Assembly: GCA_038087875.1 (NCBI GenBank)
Contig: CM075990.1
Span: 9,674,001-9,738,000 of the forward strand
From: Malacoraja senta
Taxonomy: Eukaryota
Reading direction: 5' to 3'
Length of the DNA stretch: 64,000 bases
Position 1 is the stretch's first letter; each line of letters starts with the position of its first letter. The notes under the pieces are model-generated. The model was not told the DNA's origin. It worked only from the letters and a program-made list of their open reading frames with translations, and did no database searches. Position numbers and translations under genes: made by a program. This document shows, in pieces, positions 12,795-24,241 of the stretch.

Positions 12795-15741
12795 TCAACT
12801 ACCTTCTGTGGCAGAGAATTCCAGAAATTCACCACTCTGTGTGAAAAATGTTTTCCTCATCTCGGTCCTAAAAGATTTTCCCCTTATCCTTAAACTGTGA
12901 CCCCTTGTTCTGGACTTCCCCAACATCGGGAACAATCTTCCTGCATCTAGCCTGTCCAACCCCTTTAGAATTTTGTACGTTTCTATAAGATCCCCCCTCA
13001 ATCTTCTAAATTCTAGCGAGTACAAACCGAGTCTATCCAGTCTTTCTTCATATGAAAGTCCTGACATCCCAGGAATCAGTCTGGTGATCCTTCTCTGTAC
13101 TCCCTCTATGTCAAGAATGTCTTTCCTCAGATTACGAGACCAAAACTGTACGCAATACTCCAGGTGTGGTCTCACCAAGACCCTGTACAACTGCAGTAGA
13201 ACCTCCCTGCTCCTATACTCAAATCCTTTTGCTATGAATGCTAACATACCATTCGCCTTCTTCACTGCCTGCTGCACCTGCATGCCTACTTTTAATGACT
13301 GGTGTACCATGACACCTAGGTCTCGTTGCATCTCCCCTTTTCCTAATCGGCCACCATTCAGATAATAGTCTACTTTCCTGTTTTTGCCACCAAAGTGGAT
13401 AACCTCACATTTATCCACATTATACTGCATCTGCCATGCATTTGCCCACTCACCCAGCCTATCAAAGTCACCTTGCAGCCTCCAAGCATCCTCCTCACAG
13501 CTAACACTGCCCCCCAGCTTCGTGTCATCCTCAAACTTGGAGATGTTGCATTCAATTCCCTCGTCCAAATCATTAATATATACCGTAAATAGCTGGGGTC
13601 CCAGCACTGAGCCTTGCGGTACCCCACTAGTCACTGCCTGCCATTGTGAAAAGGACCCGTTTACTCCTACTCTTTGCTTCCTGTCTGCCAGCCAGTTCTC
13701 TATCCACATCAATACTGAACCCCCAATACCGTGTGCTTTAAGTTTGTATACTAATCTCTTATGTGGGACCTTGTCAAAAGCCTTCTGAAAGTCCAGATAT
13801 AACACCAGTCCAGACTGGTTCTCCCTTATCCACTCTACTAGTTACATCCTCAAAAAATTCTATAAGATTCGTCAGACATGATTTACCTTTCATAAATCCA
13901 TGCTGACTTTGTCCAATGATTTCACCACTTTCCAAATGTGCTGCTATCCCATCTTTAATAACTGATTCTAGCAGTTTCCCCACTACCGACGTTAGACTAA
14001 CTGGTCTGTAATTCCCCGTTTTCTCTCTCCCTCCCTTTTTAAAAAGTGGGGTTACATTAGCTACCCTCCAATCCTCAGGAACTACACCAGAATCTAAAGA
14101 GTTTTGAAAAATTATCACTAATGCATCCACTATTTCGGTGGCTACTTCCTTAAGTACTCTGGGATGCAGCCTATCTGGCCCTGGGGATTTATCGGCCTTT
14201 AATCCATTCAATTTACCTAACACCACTTCCCGGCTAACCTGGATTTCACTCAGTTCCTCCATCTCATTTGACCCCCGGTCCCCTGCTATTTCCGGCAGAT
14301 TATTTATGTCTTCCTTAGTGAAGACAGAACCAAAGTAGTTATTCAATTGGTCTGCCATGTCCTTGTTCCCCATGATCAATTCACCTGTTTCTGACTGCAA
14401 GGGACCTACATTTGTTTTAACTAATCTTTTTCTCTTCACATATCTATAAAAGCTTTTGCAGTCAGTTTTTATGTTCCCTGCCAGTTTTCTTTCATAATCT
14501 ATTTTCCCTTTCCTAATTAAGCCCTTTGTCCTCCTCTGCTGGACTCTGATTTTCTCCCAGTCCTCTGGTAGGCTGCTTTTTCTGGCTAATTTGTACACTT
14601 CATCTTTTGTTTTGATACTATCCCTGATTTCCCTTGTTATCCACGGATGCACTACCTTCCCTGATTTATTTTTTTGCCAAACTGGGATGAACAATTGTTG
14701 TAGTTCATCCATGCAGTCTTTAAATGCCTTCCATTGCATATCTACCATCAACCCATTAAGAATCAATTGCCAGTCTATCTTCGCCAATTCACTTCTCATA
14801 TCCTCAAAGTTACCTTTCTTTAAGTTCAGGACCCTTGTTTCTGAATTAACAATGTCACTCTCCATCCTAATGAAGAACTCAACCATATTATGGTCATTCT
14901 TGCCCAAGGGGTCATGCACAACAAGACTGCTAACTAACCCTTCCTCATTACTCAATACCCAATCTAGAATAGCCTGCTCTCTCGTTGGTTCCTCTACATG
15001 TTGGTTTAGAAAACTATCCCGCATACATTCCAAGAAATCCTCTTCCTCAGCACCCTTGCCAATTTGATTCACCCAATCTATATGTAGATTGAAGTCACCC
15101 ATTATAACTGTTTTACCTTTGTTGCATGCATTTCTAATTTCCAGTTTGATGCCATCCCCAACTCCACTACTACTGTTAGGTGGCCTGTACACAACTCCCA
15201 CTAGCGTTTTCTGCCGCTTAGTGTTTCGCAGCTCTACCCATATCGATTCCACATCCTCCAAGCTAATGTCCTTCCTTTCTATTGCGTTAATCTGCTCTCT
15301 AACCAGCAACGCTAACCCACCTCCTTTCCCTTTCTGTCTATCCCTCCTGAATATTGAATATCCCTGGATGTTCAGCTTCCAGCCTTGGTTACCCTGGAGC
15401 CATGTCTCCGTGATCCCAACTATATCATATTCATTAATAGCTATCTGCACATTCAACTCATCCACCTTATTACGAATGCTCCTTGCATTGAGACACAAAG
15501 CCTTCAGGCTTGTTTTTACAACACTCTTACCCCTTATACAATTATGTTGAAAAGTGGCCCTTTTTGATTTTTGCCCTGGATTTGTCTGCCTGCCACTTTT
15601 ACTTTTCACCTTGCTACCTATTGCTTCTACCCTCATTTTACACCCCTCTGTCTCTACGCTCACACATTTAAGAAACCCTTTCCCTTTAACTCCATCCTCA
15701 ACTATCCCATTCGACACCCCACCCCCCTTATTCAGTTTAAA
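12795..15741 (-). pseudogene. CR1 ORF2 (APE endonuclease + RT), frameshifted near 13805 and near 12837
   Basis: ITETWL, VYRPP, GDFN, SPGPD, QHGF, LDFQKAFDKV, GVPQGSVLGP and FEDDTK motifs split across two frames. Confidence 0.92.
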
Positions 15742-16658
15742 ACCACCCGTGTAGCAGTGGCAAACCTGCCTGCCATAATGCTGGTCCCCCACCTGTTAAG
15801 ATGCAATCCATCCCTTTTGTACAGTTCCCTTTTACTCCAAAACAGATCCCAGTGATCTAAGAATCTAAATCCCTGCCCCGTGCACCAGTTCCTCAGCCAC
15901 ACATTCAGGTCCCGTATCTCCCTGTTCCTGCTCTCGCCAGCACGAGGAACTGGAAGCAAACCGGAGATAACAACCCTGGAGGTCCTGCTTTTCAGCATTT
16001 TTCCGAGCTCTCTAAAGTCACACTGCAGAATATTCATCCCCTTCTTTCCGACATCGTTTGTGCCGACATGCACTACCACTTCTGGCTGTTCACCTTCGCC
16101 CTTGAGGATTTTCTGCACTCTGTCCGTGACATCCTGGATCCTGGCACCAGGAAGGCAGCACACCATCCTCGAATCCCGTCTGTTGCCGCAGAAACCCCTG
16201 TCCGTACCTCTCACAATGGAGTCCCCCACAACAATGGCGTTGCCTGACTTTGGCCTTTTTGGTTTTGGCTCAACAGCCCTATTCGCATCGCAAGCCATTC
16301 TGCCGCTCAATGTTAAAACGTCTTCTGTCCCGACAGCTTCTAAGTGGGCGAACCTGTTCACAAGAGGTACAACACACGGGGACGTTTGCATTCCATGCTT
16401 CCCTCCCTTTCTCACTGTCTCCCACCTTCTCTCTTCCAGTACCTTAGGGGTAACAATATTACTGTAGGACTTGTCGAGGAGCGACTCCGTTTCTCGGACA
16501 AACCTGAGGTCATCCACTTGCTTCTCCAGTTCCCCAACACGGTCCTTCAGGAGCTGTACCTGGATGCACTTGTCACATTTGTAGCAGCCAGAGGCACCAG
16601 CAGTGTCCTTGACCTCCCACATACTGCAAGCATCACACTGAATCAGCTTGCCTGACAT
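15732..16658 (-). CDS. CR1 ORF1p: CxxC...CxxC zinc finger, coiled coil, SGNH/GDSL esterase (308 aa from the first ATG)
   Basis: CDAC and CDKC; GDSIVRG, HVGTND and RDGLHLN esterase motifs; intact frame. Confidence 0.9.
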   Translation of the reverse strand: MSGKLIQCDACSMWEVKDTAGASGCYKCDKCIQVQLLKDRVGELEKQVDDLRFVRETESLLDKSYSNIVTPKVLEERRWETVRKGGKHGMQTSPCVVPLVNRFAHLEAVGTEDVLTLSGRMACDANRAVEPKPKRPKSGNAIVVGDSIVRGTDRGFCGNRRDSRMVCCLPGARIQDVTDRVQKILKGEGEQPEVVVHVGTNDVGKKGMNILQCDFRELGKMLKSRTSRVVISGLLPVPRAGESRNREIRDLNVWLRNWCTGQGFRFLDHWDLFWSKRELYKRDGLHLNRWGTSIMAGRFATATRVVLN

Positions 16659-16824
16659 CTCCTTCTTTCGTCTCTCCCTCTGCAGTGTTTTGTGTAGCCT
16701 CCTCGCCGAAGACTCTCGAGCCAAAGACTCACACTTTTCTCACAGGGCCACTCCCTAAGAGCAGTCTTGCTTATATTGACTGATAAATTGCCTAATTTAC
16801 CAATTTACAATCCAAATTCCTCAG

Positions 16825-17240
16825 TTTTCAACTATTTTCCCCGCTTTGACTCACTTCTCTCCTCCCTCTTGGGCTAGAGCCAATCAGTGTTTTCACTTGC
16901 TAATCTTCTCCTGCTGTTGCTTCCAAGTCTACAGCAGCTCTGAGTAAAGTCTGCCTGTGCTTTGCCTCTCCTTTTCAACTGTTTTCCCCCCTCTGACTCA
17001 CTTCTCTCCTCCCTCTTGGGCTAGAGCCAATCAGTGTTTTCTCTTGCTAATCTTCTCCTGCTGTTGCTTCCAAATCTACAACAGCTCTGAGTAAAGTCTG
17101 CCTGTGCTTTGCCTCTCCTTTTCAACTGTTTTCACCCCTCTGACTCACTTCTCTCCTCCCTCTTGGGCTAGAGCCAATCAGTGTTTTCTCTTGCTAATCT
17201 TCTCCTGCTGTTGCTTCCAAATCTACAGCAGCTCTGAGTA
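16825..17240 (-). repeat. ~2.8 tandem 147-bp monomers in the CR1 5'UTR
   Basis: ttttcaact recurs at 16825, 16972 and 17119; units are near-identical. Confidence 0.92.
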
Positions 17241-17362
17241 TAATTTTGAAAAATAATCTGAAATAATTCACAGATTTTATTTCTTTTGCTGAGTCTCTGA
17301 TGCAATATTTCTAGCTATTTTAGAATCATATTTGGTAGGTTGGAATTTGATGAAAATTATAA

Positions 17363-17570
17363 TAGTTTAGTTTAGTTTATTATTGTCACGTGTACCGAGG
17401 TATAGCATAAAGCTTTTGTGGCATGTTATCCATTTGAAGTAAAAACTATATAATTACAATCAAGCCATCCGCAGTGTACAGATAAAGGATAAAGAGTACA
17501 AAATTTAGTGCAAGATAAAGTCTGATAAAGTCTGATTAAAGATAGTTCAAAGGTGTCTAATGAGGTAGGT
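17363..17570 (-). mobile_element. Rex1/Babar-type 3' tail
   Basis: agtttattattgtcacgtgtaccgagg is the reverse complement of the tail near 54510-54545. Confidence 0.7.
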
Positions 17571-17989
17571 GGGAATTTTAATGAAAGTTTCTGTAACTGA
17601 GATTTCCTTTTAAACTTAAAGGAATATTAAAGTATTTTGAAATCAATAATGAGCCACATTTTCTTCTTTGAGAATTATTTAATTGTGTGAATTGCTAAGT
17701 TGCATATGGGTGTTTCCAGTACAGAGGCAATTATAGTAAATAATTATTAAAAATCCAGGAATTCCTGCCCAACTGGTACTATAACCTTGCATAAGGGTTC
17801 TGTGTCAGTACAAAGAGGCATTTCACCACTGCTGAGACCAATTAAGAATAAACAATAAATGCAATAAACATTGATCTTCCTAGATCTCATCAAAGAACAT
17901 AACAAACGTTATGATGGAAGAAATCAGTACAGATTTGGAGAAAAGGGTTTCTAATTCCTAGATATCTAACCAAGCAATGTATCCTTCAA

Positions 17990-18150
17990 ATTTTGAGGAT
18001 GTTGACAGGACTTGAGAGCCTGTGCTGCAGAGAGAGGTTAGGCAGGCTAGGACTTTATTCCTTGGAGCGCAAGAGGATGAAGGGTGATCTTATAGAGGTG
18101 TACAAGATCACCCCTCAAAGGATGAGGGGAATAGATTGGGTAAGTGAACA
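17990..18150 (+). mobile_element. CR1 ORF2 C-terminal fragment
   Basis: RLGLYSLERKRMKGDLIEVYKI motif. Confidence 0.75.
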
Positions 18151-18154
18151 GATA

Positions 18155-18288
18155 CCCTTTAATAAAATCTGACAATGTGCACTTTAACCACATGTGATTT
18201 TTTTCTATTACAAATCTCAGATTGTGGAGTACAGAGGCAAATAAATAAATTATGGGTCTTTGTCCCAAACATTATGGAGGGCACTATA
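18155..18288. mobile_element. Tc1-like terminal inverted repeat remnant
   Basis: ggtctttgtcccaaacattatggagggcact followed by ata resembles a CAGTGCCCTCCATAATGTTTGGGAC-type Tc1 end plus TA. Confidence 0.6.
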
Positions 18289-18412
18289 CATGTCCAGATG
18301 TCTTTTACATTAACAAAAATGTGTATTTTTGAAGTAACTTGAAATGATATGATGATTACCAGTCATACATCCCAAAACTTTTTTTTCTCCTCTAAGCTAC
18401 TTTGAAATAATG

Positions 18413-18596
18413 TGTAGGAAAGAACTACAGATGCTGGTTTAAATCGAAGATAGACACAAAATGCTGGAGTAACTCAGAAGGAATGGGTGACGTTTTGGAG
18501 TTTGAGGTCTGAAGAAGGGTCTTGACCCGAAACGTCACCCATTCCTTCTCTCCAGAGATGCTGCTTGTCTCGCTGAGTTAATCCATCTTTTTATGC
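18413..18596. mobile_element. Palindromic PLE-derived element with the best hammerhead core (18509-18536)
   Basis: 16-bp TSD ctactttgaaataatg at 18397-18412 and 18597-18612; CTGAAGA-A-GGGTC-TT-GACCC-GAAAC-GTC. Confidence 0.85.
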
Positions 18597-18904
18597 CTAC
18601 TTTGAAATAATGATCTTTTAGGTTGCAGGAAGTTTTTTTACACCGGTTTATGCCATATTGGGTGCGTACCATTCGGTCGGTGCCTGCTGCTGCACTGCTG
18701 TGAAGGCGAGATGTGAATGGGATCATTAAAAAGAAAAGCTGGGTCTGTTTATAGAATTGTATAACAGTTTCTAGCTGAAATCTAGCAAAACTGATGTTTT
18801 TACTGATTAATTTATCAAAGTGTAGTATCACCATCTGTTAAAGTAGCTAATTGAAATGCAATTTTTCAATCTGTTTGAGAAGCACAATATTAACTAATAC
18901 AGAA

Positions 18905-19116
18905 AGTTTAGTTTAGTTCAGAGATACAGTGTGGAAAGAGGCCCTTCGGCCCACCGGGTCCGCGCCAACCAGCGATCCCCGCACATTAACGCTACGCTAC
19001 ACACACTATGGACAATTTTTACACTTATAACAAGCCAATTAACCAATAAACCTGCACGTCTTTGGAGTGTGGAATGAAACCGAAGATCTCGGAGAAAATC
19101 CACGCGGTCACGGGAG
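18905..19116 (-). mobile_element. 5'-truncated HE1-type SINE
   Basis: (tttag)n tail, ggcccttcggccca CR1-like tail and V-SINE-like central region. Confidence 0.8.
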
Positions 19117-19119
19117 ATA

Positions 19120-19810
19120 CAATGAAAAGAAATGCGAGTATCTGGATACGACAATACCTTTTTTATCTGTGCAAAAAAAAAAACCTTCAGGTTTTCCTGT
19201 CATGGAAGGTGCACCGTCTGTACATACACTCACTAAATTAACCAAATCCAGTCCAACTTCACGACATTTATCTTGAAAGTTGTTGAAGAAATCTATTTCT
19301 TGTGTTCTACCCGTAAGAGTGCCCAAAGCGAGTAACTCTTTGTAGCAAAGAAAATTTTCTGTTATGGCCCGAATGAAGTATAAAACCTGCGCCGAGTCAG
19401 TAGTATCAGTTGATTCAAAGTTGATAATACTGAAGAATGGACAGCCAGCGGACTCTCCCCAACATTTTCCCTCTTGTCAACCAGCCTCAGGCGGTGGTGG
19501 CGCCAGTCAGGCAGGGAGGTTAACGTACATTCTAGAGTCGCATGAGAACTAAATTATGAGCATAACTGCTGTTAAAATAGTCCTCATGACTTACTAATGT
19601 TTTAATTGTGGCTGTCAGTCGGGGAGGATTATTTTGTTGAATCTTCTTTTACTCTTTGGTATTTTAAATACATTCATTTTAAGATTAAAATAAATATAAT
19701 GAAAGAACAAAAACATATTAATAAAAATAAAAGGATTTGTTCTACAAAATTTGGATTAATTCAAAAGGCCGCACTTAATGGCCTAGAAGGCCGCAGGTTC
19801 CCCACCCCTG
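19120..19810 (-). mobile_element. hAT (Charlie/Buster-like) transposon remnant
   Basis: LVSVCTDGAPSMTGK transposase motif (19108-19326); terminus CAGGGGTGGGGAACCTGCGGCC on the minus strand at 19810. Confidence 0.8.
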
Positions 19811-20337
19811 AGCTAGTGATAGGGGATGCTATAATCAGGAGAAAAGATAGTACCATCTGTTTAATCATTACCAAAGGGCTGATGCAGGAAAGAAGGGTAC
19901 TTTTTCCATGAAATCTTGATGTAAACATGTAAGAAGGAAAGCAAGAGAGGACAGCAAATTATAAATTAACCATATGGAGCAGCAGCCAAAAAAGATGCAT
20001 ATTAAATAAAGAAATTCAATTGAAAATGAATTAAATTATCTGAATAGCAATGATTAGTATCAGCAATAAAATAAGGGAGATGGAGAAAATGTATGATGAA
20101 CATACAGTTGGACAATGTGACAGTAGTAAAAAAAGAGATGGCCATAAGGAAATCAAAATAGAATCCATCTGGAGAGAAAATAAAACAAAGATTTGATTCT
20201 ATAGGTAGTGGAAGAGATGTGGAGGAAGACATTTGGACAAATTATAGAAAAAAAATAGAAGGTTAATAATTTCAACTCGCCCAACATTGATTAGACTGAA
20301 GAAATAGTTATTGGGAGTAAGGGAATGGAGATCTCAC

Positions 20338-20468
20338 GGGATCTCCATTCCCTTACGGAAGGGAATCGGCCCGATCTGAAGAAGGGTTTCGGCCCGAAAC
20401 GTTGCCTATTTCCTTCGCTCCATAGATGCTGCTGCACCCGCTGAGTTTCTCCAGCATTTTTGTGTACC
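20338..20468 (+). mobile_element. PLE 3' terminal repeat (hammerhead core 20376-20403) with complex 5' junction
   Basis: Near-identical to the 3' end of the 4085 PLE; 14-bp TSD aatggagatctcac at 20324-20337 and 20469-20482. Confidence 0.88.
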
Positions 20469-20972
20469 AATGGAGATCTCACATTATATAAAGGACAATT
20501 TCAAGCGTCAAGAGTGTTTAATTGTCATATGCACTGTGAATGGAACAATGAAATTCTTGCAACTATCTTCTGGAAATAGACACAGAAGCCTGAGAGTTTT
20601 TACCTTTAGGTTCAAGATTAGCTTCTTCCCATCAACCATCAAGTTATTGAACCATGCCGTACAATCCTAACCATAACACTACCACAGCATCGAACTACGA
20701 AGAGCTTTTAAGGGTTGAACAACGAAATTCGGCCTGCATTATTGTGGTCCTGTGACCCAATATAACTGATAATTTATTATATTATTATTCATTACATATT
20801 TTTACCTAGTCGTGTAAATATGACTTTGCATTTTGTTTTCTAAATAGAGCTGTGGAATTTTTCCAGGTTCTTGTTTTCAACTGAGCTATTTATAATGTCC
20901 AATTTGAAATTTTTGCTTTGAGCTCTTTTGATGCAACCGTAAATTGATAACATTCAATGGGAAGCAGTGATA

Positions 20973-21436
20973 ACGCCTCAAGTGCGCCTCAAGAGTGCGC
21001 CTCAAGTCACGGCACCCCTTTGCCACGCAAGCCCAAGAGCTGCTCTGCACAACACCGGCTGACGCTTCTAAGGCTGCCTGGGTCAAGATGAGATGGAGAG
21101 ACCAGTGGAAGTCAGCAGAACCATCTAGGCTACACCATTACATCGATGACCCCATGGACATCCCTGGCCAGGACCTGCCCCGAAAGCAGTGGACAACCCT
21201 CAACCGCTTGAGGACAGGCATCGGACGCTATGGAGTAGCGATGAAGAGGTGGGGCCTCGTGGACAGCGCCTCCTGCGAGTGTGGGGACCCAACACAGACA
21301 GTGGAGCACATAGTCACCAGTTGCCCCAAACACCGGCCACCGAATGGTGAACGAGGTCTGATTGACCTGGACGATGACACGTTAGCCTGGCTCGCCTCAA
21401 CGGAGCTGCAGGTCTAAAAGACACACGACAGAAGAA
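20973..21436 (+). mobile_element. 5'-truncated Vingi/Ingi-like non-LTR retrotransposon
   Basis: RLKSR, LNRLRTGIGR and CECG...H...CP C-terminal motifs; (gaa)n tail; 13-bp TSD ggaagcagtgata at 20960-20972 and 21437-21449. Confidence 0.8.
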
Positions 21437-21696
21437 GGAAGCAGTGATATGGATAAAGGAAAAGATCATTATTGTTTTTGTAATTATTAACATAATGATT
21501 GATAAAAATATCACATAAAATGTGGCTTTATGTTACCACTTTGTGATCAGTTTAGAGCTTTAAAATATGTTAATGTGTGTTCACATTGTTTTGTGTTTTC
21601 CAACTTGCATGCTTTGGATCAGTGATTTTTGAGAAAAAGTTTTTTACTTTGGATTAAGTCACTGTAAACATTTTCTCACTCTTAATTTTTTTGGTT

Positions 21697-21800
21697 TCTG
21701 TTAACATTTTTTGTCTTTGTTAACATTTTCAGTCTTTGTTAACATTTTCCAACTGTTGACATTTTTTGTCTCTGTTAACATTCTCATGGTCTGTTAATGC
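21697..21800. repeat. Degenerate ~20-bp minisatellite with TGTTAACA core
   Basis: About six units of tgttaacatt spaced roughly 18-21 bp apart. Confidence 0.7.
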
Positions 21801-22399
21801 TCTTGGGCTGTGTTTGGCATAAGTCAAATGTGGTGACAAATTAATCTTGAGTCACACTGTGAGTATATATAACACCTAACTAATTTTCTGCACCAGAGTC
21901 AACTTCCTTTTACCAGAAATACTACTTTGGTGATCTATTCATGCCAGATTGTTAAAATTTCGGTAAATTTGTTATGCTGTACTATGGAATCTTGATTTTG
22001 AGAATTATGATTAAATTGGCCAAATTCACAGAAGATGTTTAAGTGAGAGATCTTTTAACATGTTTATTCAAACACATTAAAAACCTACAAGGTTGTCTAT
22101 GTAATTTATTTCTGGAATGTGCTGTCTTTATCCATTTTATCTCTGGCTATTGGTGGATTACTTCCATATTATGAAAATGATGGGCTGAGCAACTTCTCAA
22201 TTTTATTTGAGCGATTAATATTTTTGGTATGAAATTTAGTTAGTTTAGTCCTTTTGGATCAGAGAAAATAAATTATTTAAAATAGTTTGTGATCCATCTT
22301 CTGCAGTATTTAAACTTAATTGACATTCAGAAGCAAATGACAGAAAGATTAAGTCTTCTATTGTATCTGATTTATTTTCTTTCTAAGTTGTAAGTGTCA

Positions 22400-23300
22400 G
22401 GACGACAGCTCAGCATCACCATAATACTGAATAAGCTCTTCTCTTAAACTCCTAGACTTTGCCTTGGTCTTCCATCTGGCTTCTGGACTTCTTCAGAGGC
22501 AGGCCTCGGTTGGTTAGCATTGGCCATCACATTTCCTCCAGCCTATCCCGCAACATTGGTGCAACTCGGGGTTGTGTGTTCAGTCCCTTGCTCTAATCTC
22601 TCTACCCGTGATTGTGTGGCCAAGTACAATATCAACTCGATCTTCAAGTTTGCCAAATATACCGCTGTTATGGATGACGAAGACTTTGAAGATGGAATAC
22701 AGGAAAGAAATTGGGAGCCTTGTCATGGTGTCAGACAATAACTTAGCTCTTAAGATTAACAAGATGAAAGAGTTAATTGTTGGCTTAAGGAAACGGGGGT
22801 GAACGCTTGGACAAACAGACCCTGTCTTTATCAATGGAGGTACTGCAGAAATGGTCAACAGCTTCAAGTTCCTAACCTGGTCCTTTCACACTAATGTAGT
22901 GATCAAGAGGCGCATGTTATTTATTTTCATAGGCATCTGATAAGATTTGGCTTGAACATGAGAAGTCTCCAACTTCTGCAGAAAGCGATATAGAAAGTAT
23001 TCTGAAAGGAAAGAGCTCAACCTTGTATGGCAACTGCTCTGCTTTTGACCACCACAACCGACAGAGATTGATGAGCAGAGCCCAGTCCATCACAGGCTCA
23101 TCATTTCATTTCTTCCAGACTATCTTTACATTGCATTGGACCAGAAAGATGGAAGTCAAGGATGCCTGTTACCTTGGCTTATTTAGTTTTCCCTTTTCTA
23201 CCTCTGGGAGAAGATACAAAAGTTTGAAAGCTTGGACAAACAGACCTAAGAACAGCTTCTCCCAACCACGGTCGGTCTATTGAACCAACCTCTTCTATTA
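22400..23300 (+). mobile_element. Degraded Rex1/Babar LINE
   Basis: DCVAK...SIFKFA, NNLALKINKMKELIV and SGRRYKSLK motifs with many frameshifts. Confidence 0.8.
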
Positions 23301-24241
23301 TACCTACTTCATAGAGGTGTTGCAATGTAATTCTAACTCATTTGGTTATTCTGTCATTGCGACAGCAAGTTGTTGAGCACTTTATTTTTTGCACTACTTT
23401 GCATTGCACTATAATCTTTGCACCACATTCCAGTTTAACACTGAGTTGGTATTCTGAAATGATATCAAAACTATCATGACGGGATCTGAACTAGTGTTAA
23501 TATTTACCAGGTCTCTTAATTAAACAGTCTATTAATTTAAATACTACTTTGTTTCAGCACCTAGTTGTACTTTTAGTACAGGTTTGTTTTCCCAAATATT
23601 TTTAGATTAATTTCAGGTGCCAAAGTGGAGATCCCTGTGAAACATCAGCTAATGAATACAATTATCTCTCCCCTACCCCTAAAATATCTACAAAATATCT
23701 ATTACTTTTGGAAAATATCCATAGTGGAGAAACAAACTTATTGTTGTACAGTTGAAATGAACGGTTACCCCTAATCCTGATGCAGCGATGAACACGAATA
23801 ATCCATATTAGGAGACCATTAAATATTTTCTGTTGACCTGAAATTTCCTTTCATGTTGTTCAATACAGCTACCTTTAATATAGCCAACTGTTACAATGCT
23901 TATTTTACAGAATTAATTTGTATTGCATAATTTGATGATCAATTATGTTTAGGTGTTTTATATAAATCAAATATAAATGGAGATGCGGTAAAGGATGTGT
24001 GTTGAATAAGATTTGATGCTCCACTGGTGTTCAATGAATTATATAACATTATCATATTATTTTATTTCTCCCATGCCGTCAAACACATCAAGGCCTCTTA
24101 CAATCAATAGTACTTTTGTGAATTGTAGAGAATTGAAGCTGATGAAATGCATCTGCACAGTAATGAGAAAATGCCCATATTTTTAAGTAAATTGCATTAT
24201 AGCACCTCAAAATGCCTCAATTTAGTGTGGCTATTGGTAGG

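Larger units (their letters stand above)
12599..17240 (-). mobile_element. Near full-length, young CR1 LINE
   Basis: 3' (catagaaa)n tail at ~12599-12622, ORF2, ORF1 and a 5'UTR with tandem monomers; only a weak possible TSD (aatttt). Confidence 0.95.

Noticed and set aside
16825..17240. CRISPR-like array
   Set aside because: Contiguous tandem units with no unique spacers, no cas genes, eukaryotic context.
21697..21800. Short palindromic repeats as CRISPR or a binding-site array
   Set aside because: Degenerate minisatellite; spacers are too short and similar, and there is no other support.
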